Assembly: GCA_022709735.1 (NCBI GenBank)
Contig: JAKLIG010000003.1
Span: forward strand, 70,384-134,383
Direction of reading: 5' to 3'
DNA length: 64,000 nucleotides
Origin: Patescibacteria group bacterium
Lineage (GTDB): Bacteria > Patescibacteriota > Minisyncoccia > Moranbacterales > UBA2206
Shown here: positions 17,364 through 27,246 of the stretch, piece by piece
Layout: each line of letters begins with the position of its first letter
Numbering within the stretch: the first letter of the stretch is position 1
The notes under the pieces: generated by a model
Databases searched by the model: none
What the model was told of the DNA's origin: nothing
Seen by the model: the letters and a program-made list of their open reading frames with translations, nothing else
Position numbers and translations under genes: made by a program

Positions 17364-18358
17364 TACTCCACCACTTCCACCTCCGTCATCACCTTAGAAA
17401 CCTTAACAAGTTCCGCTTTTCGCAAAATCCAAAAAATAAAAGCAACGAAATATCCAACGATGGAGCCAAGAAATGATCCAAGAGAAGCTACAGTCAAGAA
17501 AAGTATGAAAGAGGCAATGAAAGGCAAAAATGGCAAGTTATCCGCTTTGAAACTAGTGGAAAAAAATTCATTTATCTTGCCGTTGATCATCTCCGAGAAA
17601 ACATCAGAAATTTTTTCCTGCCCGGTAAGCTTCATTCCGGTAATTTGAGAAAGGCTTTCTCTTTCTTGCTCGATAATCTTTCCTTGATCAGCTTCAAGCA
17701 TTTTTTTCATCTGCTCCTTGCTGACACCGGTATTTTTTTCGTTGAGCCCCTGGCTTTCTAAAATATTTCCCAAAAAACCTTCAGCATTCTGCTTGGATAT
17801 TTCCGAAATAAATTCATCCACGGTAAGTTCGGTTTTTTGATTATCTTTCATATCCGGATAAATCATCGGCAAAATTTTGGAAACCGCATCCCCTGTTTCG
17901 AATTTTGGAATAATATTTATGTTGTTATTATTTTTTATCTCCGAATAATATTGCGAAGTGATGGCAATTGAAAGCGCCAAAATTAACATCGTTTTCCCAG
18001 TACGCACCGATTTGGCAATATCAAATTTTATATTCAGCTTCAAATCCTTGGCAATTCTTTCTGCTCCCAAAAAAATAAGTAGAAAAGAAAAAGCTAGCGC
18101 CAATATATGCCAGAAAGAAAAAGTGAAAATTAGACTTGAAAAAAGGCCTATCGCCAATGCAGAAAAAATAAGATATTTTTGTTTGATAAGAATTGCGCCA
18201 AGTGCGATTGCAATGAAAAAAAGCGAAAACCAAATAGCCGGAATGAGCCAAGTGCTGGAGGCCGGAACATTAATTGCCTCATCAACATAAAACCACGAAG
18301 CCGCACCAAAAATAACAACAAGTCCAGCGATTATATATTTTGTAATTTGTGTTTTCAT
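17363..18358 (-). CDS. hypothetical membrane protein
   Basis: 331 aa with N- and C-terminal TM helices and a soluble central domain. Confidence 0.5.
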   Translation of the reverse strand: MKTQITKYIIAGLVVIFGAASWFYVDEAINVPASSTWLIPAIWFSLFFIAIALGAILIKQKYLIFSALAIGLFSSLIFTFSFWHILALAFSFLLIFLGAERIAKDLKLNIKFDIAKSVRTGKTMLILALSIAITSQYYSEIKNNNNINIIPKFETGDAVSKILPMIYPDMKDNQKTELTVDEFISEISKQNAEGFLGNILESQGLNEKNTGVSKEQMKKMLEADQGKIIEQERESLSQITGMKLTGQEKISDVFSEMINGKINEFFSTSFKADNLPFLPFIASFILFLTVASLGSFLGSIVGYFVAFIFWILRKAELVKVSKVMTEVEVVE

Positions 18359-18360
18359 TT

Positions 18361-18975
18361 TTAAACTTTAACATTTTTTGCAAGAATATACCAATCTCCC
18401 TTTTCCATAATTTCGAATCCATTTTCTTCCGCTAATTGAATCTCCTTTTCAATTATCTTTTTCCCGGAGGTTACAAAAGGTAAAAATACAAAGCCATTTT
18501 CTTTGAGAATTCTTTTTAATTCAGAATAAAATTTTGGGATGTCCTTTCTTTGTTTTGTTATAGCTAATCCAGTTGCCAGATCAAAACTATTTTCATCAAA
18601 ACTCATTTCATGGAAATCACCTTCAATAACCTGCTCTTTAGAAAATCTTTTTTGAGCAGTTCCAAAATCAACCATATTTCTTAAATTATCCATCCCGATC
18701 AATTTTAAATTAGGAATGGAATTTAGCTCTTTGGTGTATATTCCAGTTCCCGATCCAAGTTCGAGCCCCAAATATTCTTTTTCTTTATCAAGAAAACTTT
18801 CCAGCTTATCTTTGGCAACTCTTGCCGTTTCGTCTCGTTCGCGACCCAAAACGAACGTGTCATACTCTTCTGGGCTGACATTTTCCATATTGTTATCAAT
18901 CCTTTTCTTAAGCGCCTTCTCTTCTGAATTGAGCGGCTTCAAATTTTTCTTAAATTCATGAATAAATTCTTCCAT
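18361..18975 (-). CDS. class I SAM-dependent methyltransferase
   Basis: Motif I LELGSGTGIYTKEL is present. The product is 204 aa. Confidence 0.7.
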   Translation of the reverse strand: MEEFIHEFKKNLKPLNSEEKALKKRIDNNMENVSPEEYDTFVLGRERDETARVAKDKLESFLDKEKEYLGLELGSGTGIYTKELNSIPNLKLIGMDNLRNMVDFGTAQKRFSKEQVIEGDFHEMSFDENSFDLATGLAITKQRKDIPKFYSELKRILKENGFVFLPFVTSGKKIIEKEIQLAEENGFEIMEKGDWYILAKNVKV

Positions 18976-19016
18976 ATTTTTTATTTAAAAAAATTATATT
19001 TTCTTCTCCTTACTGA

Positions 19017-19046
19017 CATTCTCACATTCTGCAGAATATGAGAATG
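19017..19046. promoter_or_regulatory. 30-bp palindrome CATTCTCACATTCTGCAGAATATGAGAATG (candidate operator), copy A
   Basis: It is a near-perfect dyad with one mismatch pair, centred on CTGCAG, 41 bp upstream of the methyltransferase ATG. A second copy lies at 49075-49104. Confidence 0.5.
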
Positions 19047-19835
19047 TTATTCTTTAGACATTATAAAATACTCGAGAACTTTCGGATGCAATTTCTTATT
19101 AGTCGCAATAATAGAATCAGCGTCCATGCTGATAGCCCGTCCATCAAAATTCGTTACAACACCCCCTGCCTCCTCGATGATAACTTTCACAGCAGCAATA
19201 TCATAGAGCTTGGCCTTGGCCTCAACCATTATATCCATTTTTCCTTGAGCAACTAAATGATAACTCCAAAAATCACCAAAACCTCTAGCGCTGTTTGCAT
19301 CGGCCGTTAATTTTGCCAAATTATCAATAATATTCTTTTTGTAGAAATGTTTTGGACCGCCAAATGTTATATAGGTCGACTCTATTTCTTGAGTTTGCGA
19401 TACGGATACTTTTTGTTCGTTGAGATAAGCACCGCCGCCTTTTTCTGCATACATTAGTTCTCCTAAAGCTGGTGCGTTAGAAACTCCAAGAATTATTTCT
19501 CTATCTTTCATCAAAGCAATTTGCGTTCCAAAAATCGGAATATGGTGGATAAAATTGTTCGTGCCGTCAATTGGATCGATTACCCAGACATATTGAGACT
19601 CCACATTTTCTTTTCCTGATTCTTCTCCAAAAAATCCGTGATCGGGAAATTCTTTCCTGATGGTCTCAATAATTATTTTTTCCGCCCCTTTATCTGCCTC
19701 TGTAACAAATGACCGATCCGCTTTCTGAGTCGATTTAATCTCTTTGGAATAATATTCCATTATTATTCTTTCCGCTTTCTTAGCTGCTTGAATAGCTACT
19801 TCTAAAAATTTACTTTGCGATTGTAATTGGTTCAT
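19047..19835 (-). CDS. inositol monophosphatase family protein (SuhB-like)
   Basis: The IMPase motifs WVIDPIDGT and GGxxY context are present. The product is 262 aa. Confidence 0.8.
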   Translation of the reverse strand: MNQLQSQSKFLEVAIQAAKKAERIIMEYYSKEIKSTQKADRSFVTEADKGAEKIIIETIRKEFPDHGFFGEESGKENVESQYVWVIDPIDGTNNFIHHIPIFGTQIALMKDREIILGVSNAPALGELMYAEKGGGAYLNEQKVSVSQTQEIESTYITFGGPKHFYKKNIIDNLAKLTADANSARGFGDFWSYHLVAQGKMDIMVEAKAKLYDIAAVKVIIEEAGGVVTNFDGRAISMDADSIIATNKKLHPKVLEYFIMSKE

Positions 19836-19845
19836 GGCTTTAAAA

Positions 19846-20607
19846 TTAATTAATTATTCTAGCTTGAATTAAGGTTAAAAGTAATATTATTACTGTCAGA
19901 GCATACATGACAGAATAATTTCTTATCGACACATAATTTTCAGCTGGAGAGATGCATAACTGGCTATCCATAAAATTTTTATTTTCCATTTTTTGATGAT
20001 GAGGGTTTGAATCATTTACTTTTTTATAAAGAATTGTTCCATAATAATCGCCAATTGAATTAAATAAAATATCCGACTCTGCTTTTAAAAATTTCTTATT
20101 TTTATCAATAAGGCAAACTCCCCCAGCCTCAGGCTGATTATTAATAAAACCGCCAATTTTCAGCGGAATTTTTATGGAATTAAAATAAACGATTTGAAAT
20201 TCATCATATAAATTTAAAAAATCTTCTTTTCTTTTGATTACTTTACCATTATTATCAGTTAGATCCATCACTTCAATTTTAATTTTTATTTTTCTATTCG
20301 CAATAAAACCACCCTTCGATGAAAGTGTCATCGATATCGGTATTCCAAAGTCTAGTGGAATATTTTCCGATCCAGGAGCAGAGAATGTGTAGAAAAATTT
20401 ACAGCTTGTTATAAAAAAACCAAAGAAACCAAATATGGCCCAAATTAAAAATAAAAATACTATAAATTTAGAATTAAATCCATATAAAATTCCAAAAAAA
20501 ATAAATACAGCTACCGCGATTTCAATAAAATATCTTTTTGGTCCATCAAATAAAAAAAATTCCTTAATCCATGTTTTTATTTTAATAATTTTTTCTTTAA
20601 TTTCCAT
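19846..20607 (-). CDS. hypothetical membrane protein
   Basis: 253 aa with N-terminal and C-terminal TM segments. Confidence 0.45.
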   Translation of the reverse strand: MEIKEKIIKIKTWIKEFFLFDGPKRYFIEIAVAVFIFFGILYGFNSKFIVFLFLIWAIFGFFGFFITSCKFFYTFSAPGSENIPLDFGIPISMTLSSKGGFIANRKIKIKIEVMDLTDNNGKVIKRKEDFLNLYDEFQIVYFNSIKIPLKIGGFINNQPEAGGVCLIDKNKKFLKAESDILFNSIGDYYGTILYKKVNDSNPHHQKMENKNFMDSQLCISPAENYVSIRNYSVMYALTVIILLLTLIQARIIN

Positions 20608-20649
20608 AGTTTTTTAAGAGCCCCGATAAATCGGGGCTCAAATTTAAAT

Positions 20650-22614
20650 TTATTCTTTTTTATCCCCTTCCTTCGTCTCCGCGTCCCGCACACTGTCATC
20701 TGATTTATTGGATGACTGTGCGTCCGCCGATGAGGCGGATTCGCTTGCCTGTCCGCCTTGGGCTGATTGCTGGGACTGCTGAGCCTCGTTAGCGGCTTTA
20801 TAAAGCTTCTCGCCGATTTTTTGTGCTGATTGAGATAATCCTTCGGTAGCTTTTTTGATAGCCTCAATATCATCTCCGTCTTTTACTTTCTTGAGCGCTT
20901 CAACTGCTTCTTCAACTGGTTTTTTTTCATCGGCAGTAATTTTGTCCCCAGCATCGCGAAGCGCTTTTTCTGTGGTATAAACCAAAGTGTCCGCCATATT
21001 TTTCGCTTCAATGAGTTCCTTCTTTTTCTTATCTTCCTCCGCATGTGCTTCAGCATCCTTTTTCATTTTTTCAATTTCATCTTTGGAAAGTCCCGTCGAA
21101 GCTTCAATGCGGATTGATTGCTCCTTGCCAGTGGCTTTGTCCTTAGCTTTGACAGAAAGTATTCCGTTGGCATCAATATCAAATGTCACTTCAATTTGCG
21201 GAATACCTCGAGGCGCTGGTGGAATACCGTCTAGAATAAATCTTCCAAGAGTTTTGTTGTCAGAAGCCATTTCTCGTTCGCCTTGCAAAACATGAATTTC
21301 GACTGATGGCTGGCTGTCAGCCGCAGTTGAAAATATTTGCGATTTGGCTGTTGGCACCGTCGTGTTTCGTTCTATGAGAGGTGTTCGCACTCCGCCCATT
21401 GTTTCAATTCCAAGTGTAAGGGGAGTCACATCCAAAAGTAATACATCTTTTACATCGCCTTGAAGCACTCCACCTTGGATTGCCGCACCAAGCGCCACTA
21501 CTTCATCCGGATTAACGGTGAGGTTAGTTTTCTTACCAAAAAAATCTTCCACTGTTTTTATGACAAGTGGCATTCTAGTCATTCCGCCAACCATCACTAT
21601 TTCATTTATATTCTTAGTTTCAAGCTTCGCATCCGCGAGAGCTTTTTTTGTTGGCTCCAAAGTTTTCTTGACCAAGTCTCCGACTAATTCTTCCAATTTC
21701 GCTCGAGTAATTTTCATCACTAAATGTTTCGGACCATTAGCGTCAGTCGTGATAAATGGCTGATTAATTTCTGTTTCCACTGCAGTTGAAAGTTCAATCT
21801 TAGCTTTTTCCGCCGCTTCTTTGATTCTTTGAAGCGCCAACGGGTCGTTTCCAAGATCAATACCTTCTTGTTTCTTAAATTCCGAAATAATCCAGTTAAT
21901 TATAATTTGGTCAAAGTCGTCTCCGCCAAGATGCGTGTCACCATTGGTTGATTTCACTTCCACTGTGTCGCCTCCCACTTCCAAAATAGAAATATCGAAA
22001 GTTCCGCCGCCAAGGTCATAAACCGCAATTTTTTCATCTTTCTTTTTGTTGAATCCATAAGCCAAAGCCGCCGCTGTTGGTTCATTGATAATGCGTCGAA
22101 CTTTGAGTCCCGCGATTTCTCCCGCTTCTTTGGTGGCTTTTCTTTGTGAGTCGTCAAAATAAGCCGGAACAGTAATCACTGCTTCGTCTATTTTTTCTCC
22201 CAATTTTTCTTCGGCATCCGCTTTTAATTTTCCAAGTATCATTGCAGAAATTTCTTGCGGTGTATAATCTTTGACTTGCCCCGAGCCTGTTGAGGGGTCT
22301 CCCATTTTTATTTTCACTCCGCCGTTTGATTTTTCAATTTTATACGGCATAAGCTTCATGTCTCTTTGCACTTCTTCGTCCGTAAAAGCCCGTCCGATCA
22401 GGCGCTTAATGGAAAATAGCGTGTTTTGCGGATTAGTCACGGCTTGGCGCTTAGCCAAAAGCCCGACCAATCTTTCCCCGGATTTTGAAATCGCCACCAT
22501 TGAAGGTGTAGTTCTCGCCCCTTCTTTGTTTTCAATTATTTCCGGCTTTCCGCCCTCCACGATTGCCATCGCGGAATTAGTTGTCCCCAAATCGATTCCT
22601 AATATTTTGCTCAT
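20650..22614 (-). CDS. dnaK: chaperone DnaK (Hsp70)
   Basis: It carries [18 protein letters not shown] and the Hsp70 signatures, followed by a C-terminal acidic tail. The product is 654 aa. Confidence 0.97.
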   Translation of the reverse strand: MSKILGIDLGTTNSAMAIVEGGKPEIIENKEGARTTPSMVAISKSGERLVGLLAKRQAVTNPQNTLFSIKRLIGRAFTDEEVQRDMKLMPYKIEKSNGGVKIKMGDPSTGSGQVKDYTPQEISAMILGKLKADAEEKLGEKIDEAVITVPAYFDDSQRKATKEAGEIAGLKVRRIINEPTAAALAYGFNKKKDEKIAVYDLGGGTFDISILEVGGDTVEVKSTNGDTHLGGDDFDQIIINWIISEFKKQEGIDLGNDPLALQRIKEAAEKAKIELSTAVETEINQPFITTDANGPKHLVMKITRAKLEELVGDLVKKTLEPTKKALADAKLETKNINEIVMVGGMTRMPLVIKTVEDFFGKKTNLTVNPDEVVALGAAIQGGVLQGDVKDVLLLDVTPLTLGIETMGGVRTPLIERNTTVPTAKSQIFSTAADSQPSVEIHVLQGEREMASDNKTLGRFILDGIPPAPRGIPQIEVTFDIDANGILSVKAKDKATGKEQSIRIEASTGLSKDEIEKMKKDAEAHAEEDKKKKELIEAKNMADTLVYTTEKALRDAGDKITADEKKPVEEAVEALKKVKDGDDIEAIKKATEGLSQSAQKIGEKLYKAANEAQQSQQSAQGGQASESASSADAQSSNKSDDSVRDAETKEGDKKE

Positions 22615-22735
22615 AGTTTTACAATAATTTTTAAATTTTTAATTTTTGAATTTTTAAATAAATCCAAATTTTAAATTTTTAAAAATTAGAAATTAAATAT
22701 TATTTATAAAATTAAAAATTACAAAATTAAAAATT

Positions 22736-23629
22736 TTACTCTACAATCACTCTCGCCACTCTAATTACTTTTTCTCCTATTTCATATCCCTTCATCACTA
22801 TTTTCTTTATTATTAATTCTTTTTCGCTTTCTTCTTTATTCTTACTTCCTTCTTCATGTTTTATGGCTTCCATAACACTGGGATCAAACTTATCTCCAAC
22901 TTTAACTGAAATTTCATTCACTCCATTATCTTCTAAAACTTTTTCTAATTGTTTCTGAATATGCATTATTCCAACTACCCATCCGCTTTCTTTCTGATCT
23001 TCCGGAATATGATCTGTCGAGGCATGGAAATTATCCAGCACCGGCAAAATTTCAGAAATTAAATTGGCATTAGAATAGGCAACAGTGTCTTTCAAATTTT
23101 CCGCCTGTCTTTTTTTATAATTTTCAAAATCAGCCATGCAACGCTTCCAGCCAGCAAGAGAATTTTTGAGCTCAATAATTTTTTGCGCTTTTAGGATCGT
23201 ATTTCTTTTTTCATTTTCAAAGCCGTCTTTCTCTGATAATTTCAGAAGTGCTTTTTCAAAAGAAAGCCACTCATATTCTTCGTGTTCCGGACTTAATTTA
23301 ACTTCTGTTGATTTGCTATAACAAATGCATCTTATTCCTCTTTTTTCTTCTTTGAAGAGCGGGCTATCTTTTGGAAATTCCACGACATCAATAATTTCTC
23401 CCAAAACAGTTTCGAGCCCGGCTTCTTCTTTGATTTCTCTTATTATAGAATCTTCAAAACTTTCATTCTCTCCGATGTGCCCACCGGGCAAATCATATTT
23501 TCCTGCATTCAGAAAATCGCTCTTTGCTCTCTTTAAAATCAAAACTTCATTATTTTCATTAAGAACCACCGCCTTGATTGTGAGCGCCATTGGACGCGGA
23601 TCTGAATCAACTTTTTTTTCTTTTTCCAT
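22736..23629 (-). CDS. grpE: NUDIX hydrolase-GrpE fusion protein (nucleotide exchange factor GrpE with N-terminal Nudix domain)
   Basis: The N-terminal ~150 aa carry a canonical Nudix box (GGHIGENESFEDSIIREIKEEAGL). The C-terminal ~150 aa are GrpE, with a coiled-coil and the KFDPSVMEAI..HEE signature. It sits between hrcA and dnaK. Confidence 0.8.
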   Translation of the reverse strand: MEKEKKVDSDPRPMALTIKAVVLNENNEVLILKRAKSDFLNAGKYDLPGGHIGENESFEDSIIREIKEEAGLETVLGEIIDVVEFPKDSPLFKEEKRGIRCICYSKSTEVKLSPEHEEYEWLSFEKALLKLSEKDGFENEKRNTILKAQKIIELKNSLAGWKRCMADFENYKKRQAENLKDTVAYSNANLISEILPVLDNFHASTDHIPEDQKESGWVVGIMHIQKQLEKVLEDNGVNEISVKVGDKFDPSVMEAIKHEEGSKNKEESEKELIIKKIVMKGYEIGEKVIRVARVIVE

Positions 23630-23638
23630 TTTTTTATT

Positions 23639-24385
23639 TTAAAATATTATTCCGCCTTCAATTATCAAAAATATTACAACCGAACCGCCTAAAAGTTTTC
23701 GAGCATAATCCAAAAGGGACTTGTTTTTGGCATATTTCATTCTTTTTGGCCCGACAATCGCCAAGACTCCTCGTTCGCCTGATTTAGTTGTATATGGACT
23801 CACCACCATCGAACAATTGGAAATTTCTTTGATTGGATTTTCTTTGCCGATGAAAATTCTGGTTTCGCCGTCTTTGATTTTGGAAAGAATCGCATCCACA
23901 TTTTCATCAATATAATCCAACGCTTCCGCAATCCGGCAAAATTCATCTACATTTTGGAATTCCGGATTTTCCAAAAGTTCCCGCACTCCAAAATCATACA
24001 ATTTATTTTCCGATCCGCTAATCGCTAGTGATCCGGAAAGTGAAGAAAGTAGTTTCGCCGTAGTTCTGGAAAGTCTTTGATTTTTGGCTTTGAGTTTTAG
24101 CACTTCTGTTTGGAGTTTTTTTTGGTCAGTGAGACTCAACTTTTGATCAGCCATAATACTCTCCACAAAAAAACGGTATCCTTTGTCAGTTGGAATTCGT
24201 CCGGCGCTGATGTGCGGTTGGTATAAATATCCTTTTTCTTCCAGTTCTACCATATCGTTTCTAATCGTTGCTGAACTCACTTTCAAACCATACTTATCTT
24301 CCAAAACTTTTGAGCCCACTGGAATAGCCGAATTGGTATATTCTTCCACCACTGCCGCTAATATTTTTTTGAGTCTTTCATTCAT
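23639..24385 (-). CDS. hrcA: heat-inducible transcription repressor HrcA (short form, 248 aa)
   Basis: The N-terminal winged-helix segment LKKILAAVVEEYTNSAIPVGSKVL is typical of HrcA. A perfect CIRCE lies 22 bp upstream. Confidence 0.8.
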   Translation of the reverse strand: MNERLKKILAAVVEEYTNSAIPVGSKVLEDKYGLKVSSATIRNDMVELEEKGYLYQPHISAGRIPTDKGYRFFVESIMADQKLSLTDQKKLQTEVLKLKAKNQRLSRTTAKLLSSLSGSLAISGSENKLYDFGVRELLENPEFQNVDEFCRIAEALDYIDENVDAILSKIKDGETRIFIGKENPIKEISNCSMVVSPYTTKSGERGVLAIVGPKRMKYAKNKSLLDYARKLLGGSVVIFLIIEGGIIF

Positions 24386-24406
24386 AAGTTTATTATAATC
24401 TATCCT

Positions 24407-24433
24407 TTAGCACTCGTCAAGAGTGAGTGCTAA
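24407..24433. promoter_or_regulatory. CIRCE operator (perfect consensus) upstream of hrcA-grpE-dnaK
   Basis: TTAGCACTC-GTCAAGAGT-GAGTGCTAA. Confidence 0.85.
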
Positions 24434-24614
24434 TTGTATTTTAGCAGATTGGTTTGGAGTGTCAAATATTCAAAAATTGGCAAATAAAAAAGGACCTAAA
24501 CGATGTAGATCCAATTATTTTACATATGTCTTTTGTTTGTAGTCAAAACAGAAAAAACTGAAATTATATTTTCCTCAAGATTATTCTTTCATCAACTTAT
24601 AAAATTATAAACAG

Positions 24615-25130
24615 TTAGCAAATAATCAAACCTTTTTCAACTGATTCATATTTACAAATCATTTTTTTTCCGTTTGTAAATTTAACAATTACTATGTCTC
24701 CGGGCAATAATTTAAGAAGAGCATCATTCCAAGCGACATTTTTATCTGCAAGCTGAGGCGAAAAGTAGAAATCTTTTGGCCCAGTTGCTTTTTCAATAAC
24801 TTTCTCTTGCCAGAAAAAACTCGAGTTTTTTTCTGAATCCTGAAGTGTCCATCGACCTATTGCCTTGTCTGAAACTCGATCTCTGGTCATAACAAGAACA
24901 AGAACTCTTTCATCATTGAGCCGGTTTGGTTTTGCGAGAACAAATCCATTGGCCGTCCTAACAGGAAATGCTTCATAAACAAAGCCGTGTTTATCTACCT
25001 CTGGAAGATTTTTCTTAAACAAACAAATCTTCTTGCTAGCAGAGCCAGCTCCAATATGAAGATTATTTTCAAAAAGATCCAGTTTCATTCCTTTTCTTAA
25101 GCCAAAATGATTGATGGTAAAAACTTTCAT
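24615..25130 (-). CDS. hypothetical protein
   Basis: 171-aa ORF with an AAAGGAGA ribosome-binding site and a GC-rich structured leader at 25135-25230. Confidence 0.45.
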   Translation of the reverse strand: MKVFTINHFGLRKGMKLDLFENNLHIGAGSASKKICLFKKNLPEVDKHGFVYEAFPVRTANGFVLAKPNRLNDERVLVLVMTRDRVSDKAIGRWTLQDSEKNSSFFWQEKVIEKATGPKDFYFSPQLADKNVAWNDALLKLLPGDIVIVKFTNGKKMICKYESVEKGLIIC

Positions 25131-25364
25131 AGCAATCTCCTTTTTCTTATTTTTAACAGCACATTTCTGGCTATCTCTGCACGGCGCAGAGGCAGTCAGA
25201 AAATGGCTGTTAAATGACTAGCCATAAGTTTTTAATGTTCAATTAGCTATTATACTCTTTTTTTATCATTTTGTCAAATATAAATATTATAAAACAAAAA
25301 AAGGCCTTAAAAAAGCCTTCTTTTAATTATTGGGCCAATAGTATTCTCACTTCGCGCTATCTTG

Positions 25365-25435
25365 TTCGGAGACTAGGACTCGAACCTAGATTAACAGGAT
25401 CAGAACCTGTCGTCCTACCATTAGACGATCTCCGA
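25365..25435 (-). tRNA. tRNA-Gln (anticodon CUG); CCA not encoded
   Basis: It folds as a cloverleaf: acceptor TCGGAGA/TCTCCGA, anticodon loop TTCTGAT, T-arm CTAGGTTCGAGTCCTAG. Confidence 0.8.
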
Positions 25436-25566
25436 ATATAAATCTACTATACATCATACATAATATCTCCACAAAATCAATAAGCGCTTGACAATATCCT
25501 TATTTTCCCTATTATTAAGTATCTCTGGCTTTAAACATATAATTTAACAGAAAAGGAGATTGTGCG

Positions 25567-26202
25567 ATGAAAAAGTTCTTTAAAATAGCGACATTAATTC
25601 TCCTTTTTTTATTTATGCAAAAGAGAGAATTAGAAAGTTATGAAATTAAAGAAGCAGTTGGTTTCGTTAGTGGATTCTTGGCCGGACTAGGTGGTCACGA
25701 ATTTGGTCATAAGATTGCCTCGGATAGCCAGCATGCTGGAATAAATTTTTCCGGAAAAAAATGCGATTTTTCTTCCGGCGCAACTGACTCGCAATATGAA
25801 AATTCTTTTTTGGGAGGATTTGCAAGTGAAATCATGAGTTCGGAAATAATTTTAGCCAAAAATAAAAATTCCAAAATAATCTTAAATAATAATTTTATCT
25901 TGGGATATATGTTTTGGAATATAGCTCATCCCGTAGTTTATGTGATTCGACACGAATCATTTAAAAGTAATAGCGACGATCTTTCTGGAATTGAATGGAA
26001 TGGAGGAGATAGCAGTGCCATAGAGACTTTAATTGTTTCACAAGCTCTTTGGAGTATTTGGAGACTTTATGACGGAGAAAAAGAATTAAAAATTTTTTCT
26101 TTGAAAAAAACTATTTCATCTCCTTTCTTTGAAATTGTTCCTCCGACTGAAAAAAACAACCGCCAAATTCAATTTGAATTTGGTATTCGTTGGCAAAATT
26201 AA
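25567..26202 (+). CDS. secreted/membrane-anchored HExxH protein (putative zinc metallopeptidase-like)
   Basis: It is the only complete plus-strand CDS. It has an AAGGAG ribosome-binding site 8 nt upstream, a signal peptide and an HEFGH motif, and it is adjacent to tRNA-Gln. Confidence 0.55.
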   Translation: MKKFFKIATLILLFLFMQKRELESYEIKEAVGFVSGFLAGLGGHEFGHKIASDSQHAGINFSGKKCDFSSGATDSQYENSFLGGFASEIMSSEIILAKNKNSKIILNNNFILGYMFWNIAHPVVYVIRHESFKSNSDDLSGIEWNGGDSSAIETLIVSQALWSIWRLYDGEKELKIFSLKKTISSPFFEIVPPTEKNNRQIQFEFGIRWQN

Positions 26203-26244
26203 AAACCCTTGGTTCAAAAAATGAATCGAGGGTTTTTACATAAA

Positions 26245-27153
26245 TCAAATCTTAAGATATTTTCTCATGGCGATCCAACTGCTAGCGATGCCCAAAAATG
26301 CACCGATAGCGATTTGGAGGCCGAGAATATAAAGCGCATTATCAAGATAAAAAGCAAAAAGATTTCCGGAAGATACGACCGAAGAAGCATAAACATTTAT
26401 AAATTTAATTGCAATCATAAGAATGATTGACGCTACGAGCGAAGCAACCACGCCATAAATTATGCCTTCAAAAATAAACGGCAGACGGATAAACATATTG
26501 GATGATCCAACCAAGCGCATTACTTCAATTTCCTGCTTGTGGGTATAAATTGTAATTCTAATCGTGTTAAAAATAATCAGAATGGAAACCGCGCCAAAAA
26601 TTCCCGCCAAAACCAATCCGATTTTTTTGATCTGAAGGATAATACTGTTTAAGCGATTGATTAAATCCTTATTTTTCCCATAATTAACCCGGCTCACATC
26701 ATCTTTGAAAGATGCATTATTTACATAATCAACAATCACTTGATACTGGCTGGGATTATTCGCTTTGATAACTAATGAGGCTAAAAGCGGATTCTCCCCT
26801 ATTTCTTCCAGCGATTCCATAATCACTTGCTCGTCAGCATTGTCCCGTTTGAAAATTTCCAGCGCCTTATCTTTAGAAATATATTCCACCGAGCTTATTT
26901 CCTTAAAGCCTTCCAAATCTTTTTTGCTCGCTTGTATTTTTTCTTCAGCTACATCACTTTTGAAATACACGCTGATATTAACTTTATTTTCCACATTTTT
27001 GAGCACATTATCCGCTACCATTCCGAGCATAAAAACCGCGCCCACAACAAAAAGTGAAAGCACGAGAACACTCACGGCAGCCACTGATAGCCAGCCGTTT
27101 CGCCAAAAATTTATAAAACTTTCTTTTAACGCCCTGCCGATAATTAAAAACAT
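26245..27153 (-). CDS. ftsX: cell division ABC transporter permease FtsX
   Basis: It has the FtsX topology: one TM helix, a periplasmic domain and three TM helices. It lies directly downstream of ftsE. Confidence 0.8.
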   Translation of the reverse strand: MFLIIGRALKESFINFWRNGWLSVAAVSVLVLSLFVVGAVFMLGMVADNVLKNVENKVNISVYFKSDVAEEKIQASKKDLEGFKEISSVEYISKDKALEIFKRDNADEQVIMESLEEIGENPLLASLVIKANNPSQYQVIVDYVNNASFKDDVSRVNYGKNKDLINRLNSIILQIKKIGLVLAGIFGAVSILIIFNTIRITIYTHKQEIEVMRLVGSSNMFIRLPFIFEGIIYGVVASLVASIILMIAIKFINVYASSVVSSGNLFAFYLDNALYILGLQIAIGAFLGIASSWIAMRKYLKI

Positions 27154-27246
27154 AGTATTTCTTTACGAATTACTAATCACTTACTAATATACGAATGTAA
27201 GAATTTTTTATTAGTATATTCGTACAAAATTAGTAATTAGTAAAGA

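Noticed and set aside
20614-20635. GAGCCCCGATAAATCGGGGCTC hairpin as the intrinsic terminator of dnaK
   Set aside because: The stem is strong, but on the dnaK strand it is followed by A's rather than a U-tract. It may still pause transcription or act at the DNA level, so it is not reported as a terminator.
22615-22735. AT-rich tandem aatttttaa-type repeats, and similar blocks at 34439-34552 and 44340-44470, considered as possible CRISPR arrays
   Set aside because: They have no regular repeat-spacer periodicity and no unique spacers, and the repeat units are under 12 bp and degenerate. They are simple AT-rich promoter-proximal DNA.
25488-25543. sigma70-like promoter for the plus-strand HExxH gene (TTGACA at 25488, TATAAT at 25538)
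   Set aside because: The two hexamers are 44 bp apart, so they cannot belong to one promoter. The partners at proper spacing are weak, so it is not listed as a feature. The ribosome-binding site AAGGAG is convincing.
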